Part shown: positions 25,333 through 26,953 of the stretch, in pieces
How positions within the stretch are numbered: position 1 is the stretch's first letter
Layout of the letters: each line of letters starts with the position of its first letter
Made by a program: the position numbers and the translations under genes
The notes under the pieces: generated by a model
The model's database searches: none
What the model saw: the letters and a program-made list of their open reading frames with translations, nothing else
What the model was told of the DNA's origin: nothing
Origin: a virus
Lineage: Duplodnaviria > Caudoviricetes
Length of the DNA: 26,953 bases
Strand: one strand, 5' to 3'
IMG/VR virus record: IMGVR_UViG_3300020044_003294
Span: 1-26,953 of that record

Positions 25333-25735
25333 AGTAGGAAGACCAAGAAACCTAGACTCACCAGAACAACTAAGTGAACTATTTGACAAGTACAAAGCAG
25401 ACGTAAAAGCAAATCCAAGAATTAAAAGCGTATTCGGAGGTAAGGAATTTGAAGAGAGAGCAGAGCCACTAGAAAGACCATTAACACTAGAAGGATTTGA
25501 ATTGTTTTGCTTTGACCAAGTAGGATGCGTTGAAGATTATTTCCGAAACAAGGATAAAAGATACGATGAATTTTCCACTATCTGCACGCGTATACGAAAA
25601 GCAATACGTCAAGACCAAATCGAAGGAGGTATGGTAGGACAGTACAATCCGTCCATTACACAACGTCTGAACGGCTTAACAGAGAAAGTTGAAAGCACGA
25701 TTATAACAGAGCAACCATTGTTCCCTGAGGAGTAA
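25322..25735 (+). CDS. terS: Terminase small subunit (P22 gp3-like DNA-packaging protein)
   Basis: VGRP N-terminus, RPLTLEGF, G.YNPSITQRLNGL; directly before TerL. Confidence 0.8.
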   Translation: MKNKVGRPRNLDSPEQLSELFDKYKADVKANPRIKSVFGGKEFEERAEPLERPLTLEGFELFCFDQVGCVEDYFRNKDKRYDEFSTICTRIRKAIRQDQIEGGMVGQYNPSITQRLNGLTEKVESTIITEQPLFPEE

Positions 25736-25737
25736 GT

Positions 25738-26898
25738 ATGTTTAAAAGAACGACTGCGATTAATAAGATTCTTTCGTTGAAAAAACGGATTAAGATTATT
25801 CAAGGAGGAACATCTGCAGGAAAGACATTCGGGATTCTACCTGTATTGATAGACAAGTGCGCAAAGGAAGCAGGACTTGAAGTATCGGTAGTTGCAGAAT
25901 CAATCCCTCACCTACGAAGAGGAGCGTTAAAAGACTTTATCAAAGTGATGAGGTGGACAGGACGCTACAATGACGACAGGTTTAACAAGACGCTATTACG
26001 TTACGAGTTTGGCAATGGTTCTGTAATAGAGTTCTTCTCAGCAGACGATGCATCTAAACTCAGAGGAGCAAGAAGAGACATCTTATACATAAACGAATGT
26101 AATAACGTAAGCTTTGAAAGTTATAACGAATTATCAATAAGAACTAAGCGAGAAGTATTCTTAGACTTTAATCCTGCAAATGAATTCTGGGTACATAAGG
26201 AACTAAAAGACGAACAGGACTCAGACTTTATAATCTTAACCTACAAAGACAACGAAGCATTAGATGAATCAATCGTTAGTCAAATCGAAAAGAATCGTGA
26301 GAAAGCATCAACGAGTTCTTATTGGGCGAATTGGTGGAGGGTTTACGGACTCGGAGAGATAGGAAGTTTAGAAGGAGTAATCTTTAACAACTGGAAGACG
26401 ATTGACACAATACCAAGCGATGCAAAGTTGATAGGAATAGGATTAGACTTTGGATACACGAACGATCCTACTTCTGCAATAGAAATATACAACTACAACG
26501 GACAAAGAATCATTAACGAGATTTGTTACCGCACAGGAATGGTAAACTCTGACATTGCAAAAGTCCTACCTAATAGCGTTACTATTTACGCTGATAGCTC
26601 AGAGCCTAAATCAATCGAAGAAATCAGGAGATTCGGAAAGATGATCAAAGGAGTAACCAAAGGAGTTGACTCTATCAAGTTCGGAATCGATGTAATGCAA
26701 CGACAAGACTATCTAGTTACCAGTGCAAGTACAAACCTAATCAAAGAACTTAGAAGCTATTGTTGGAGCGTAAAGAAAGACGGTGAAAAAACGAACGTAC
26801 CTATCGATCATTTTAACCACGCTATTGACGCATTAAGATATCACGAGATGGAAACACTAGGACTAAAAAAGAACTATGGACAATACAACATCAGATGA
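25738..26898 (+). CDS. terL: Terminase large subunit (PBSX XtmB / Terminase_3 type)
   Basis: Walker A QGGTSAGKT, Walker B LYINE, DFNP, nuclease GLDFG..NDP, NHAIDALRY. Confidence 0.95.
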   Translation: MFKRTTAINKILSLKKRIKIIQGGTSAGKTFGILPVLIDKCAKEAGLEVSVVAESIPHLRRGALKDFIKVMRWTGRYNDDRFNKTLLRYEFGNGSVIEFFSADDASKLRGARRDILYINECNNVSFESYNELSIRTKREVFLDFNPANEFWVHKELKDEQDSDFIILTYKDNEALDESIVSQIEKNREKASTSSYWANWWRVYGLGEIGSLEGVIFNNWKTIDTIPSDAKLIGIGLDFGYTNDPTSAIEIYNYNGQRIINEICYRTGMVNSDIAKVLPNSVTIYADSSEPKSIEEIRRFGKMIKGVTKGVDSIKFGIDVMQRQDYLVTSASTNLIKELRSYCWSVKKDGEKTNVPIDHFNHAIDALRYHEMETLGLKKNYGQYNIR

Positions 26899-26953
26899 TT
26901 TACCAATGATGAAAAGAGTAGTTGAGGACTACATCTATCAGCGTACAGGAAAA
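26876..26953 (+). CDS. 5' part of a gene truncated by the window edge (MDNTTSDDLPMMKRVVEDYIYQRTGK...)
   Basis: Open to the window end; overlaps the terL stop. Confidence 0.5.
   Translation, partial: MDNTTSDDLPMMKRVVEDYIYQRTGK

Noticed and set aside
345-25803. Minus-strand ORFs in the track (e.g. 6823-7362, 12298-12639, 20283-20618, 23283-23651, 23725-24108)
   Set aside because: All are antisense shadows of well-supported + strand genes, with no recognisable motifs or supporting promoters
1-26953. Stop-codon reassignment, tRNA genes, integrase/att, introns or inteins
   Set aside because: Genes tile densely under the standard code with TAA, TGA and TAG all used as stops; no cloverleaf or recombinase seen; TerL, helicase and capsid are of normal length

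Overview
About 27 kb of an AT-rich tailed dsDNA phage (Caudoviricetes, probably siphovirus-like). All credible genes are on the + strand. The host is very likely Bacteroidota (Flavobacteria-like), based on TAnnTTTG -7 promoter elements and A-rich translation starts without Shine-Dalgarno sequences. Order: neck/tail genes, tape measure, XkdF-like protease, scaffold, major capsid, tail tube, portal with a C-terminal extension, adaptor, fibre module, holin/GH108 endolysin/u-spanin, metallophosphoesterase, control region, small early genes, DnaA-C-like HTH, replication initiator with internal iterons, helicase, C5 methyltransferase, NinG, ERF, exonuclease, SSB, HTH, ECF sigma factor, TerS, TerL. 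No integrase, tRNA or CRISPR array was seen. The most notable signals are non-coding: (1) two paralogous anti-start-codon elements (TTCATAG...terminator) at late-transcript 3' ends, complementary to the initiation regions of early-operon genes; (2) a structured kissing-loop/loop-E RNA leader in front of the replication initiator, whose loop can alternatively pair next to the initiator start codon; (3) an AAC-N15/16-CGTTTAA late promoter motif fitting the phage ECF sigma; (4) near-total CATG avoidance. Protein calls come from motif recognition and synteny only; no database search was run.
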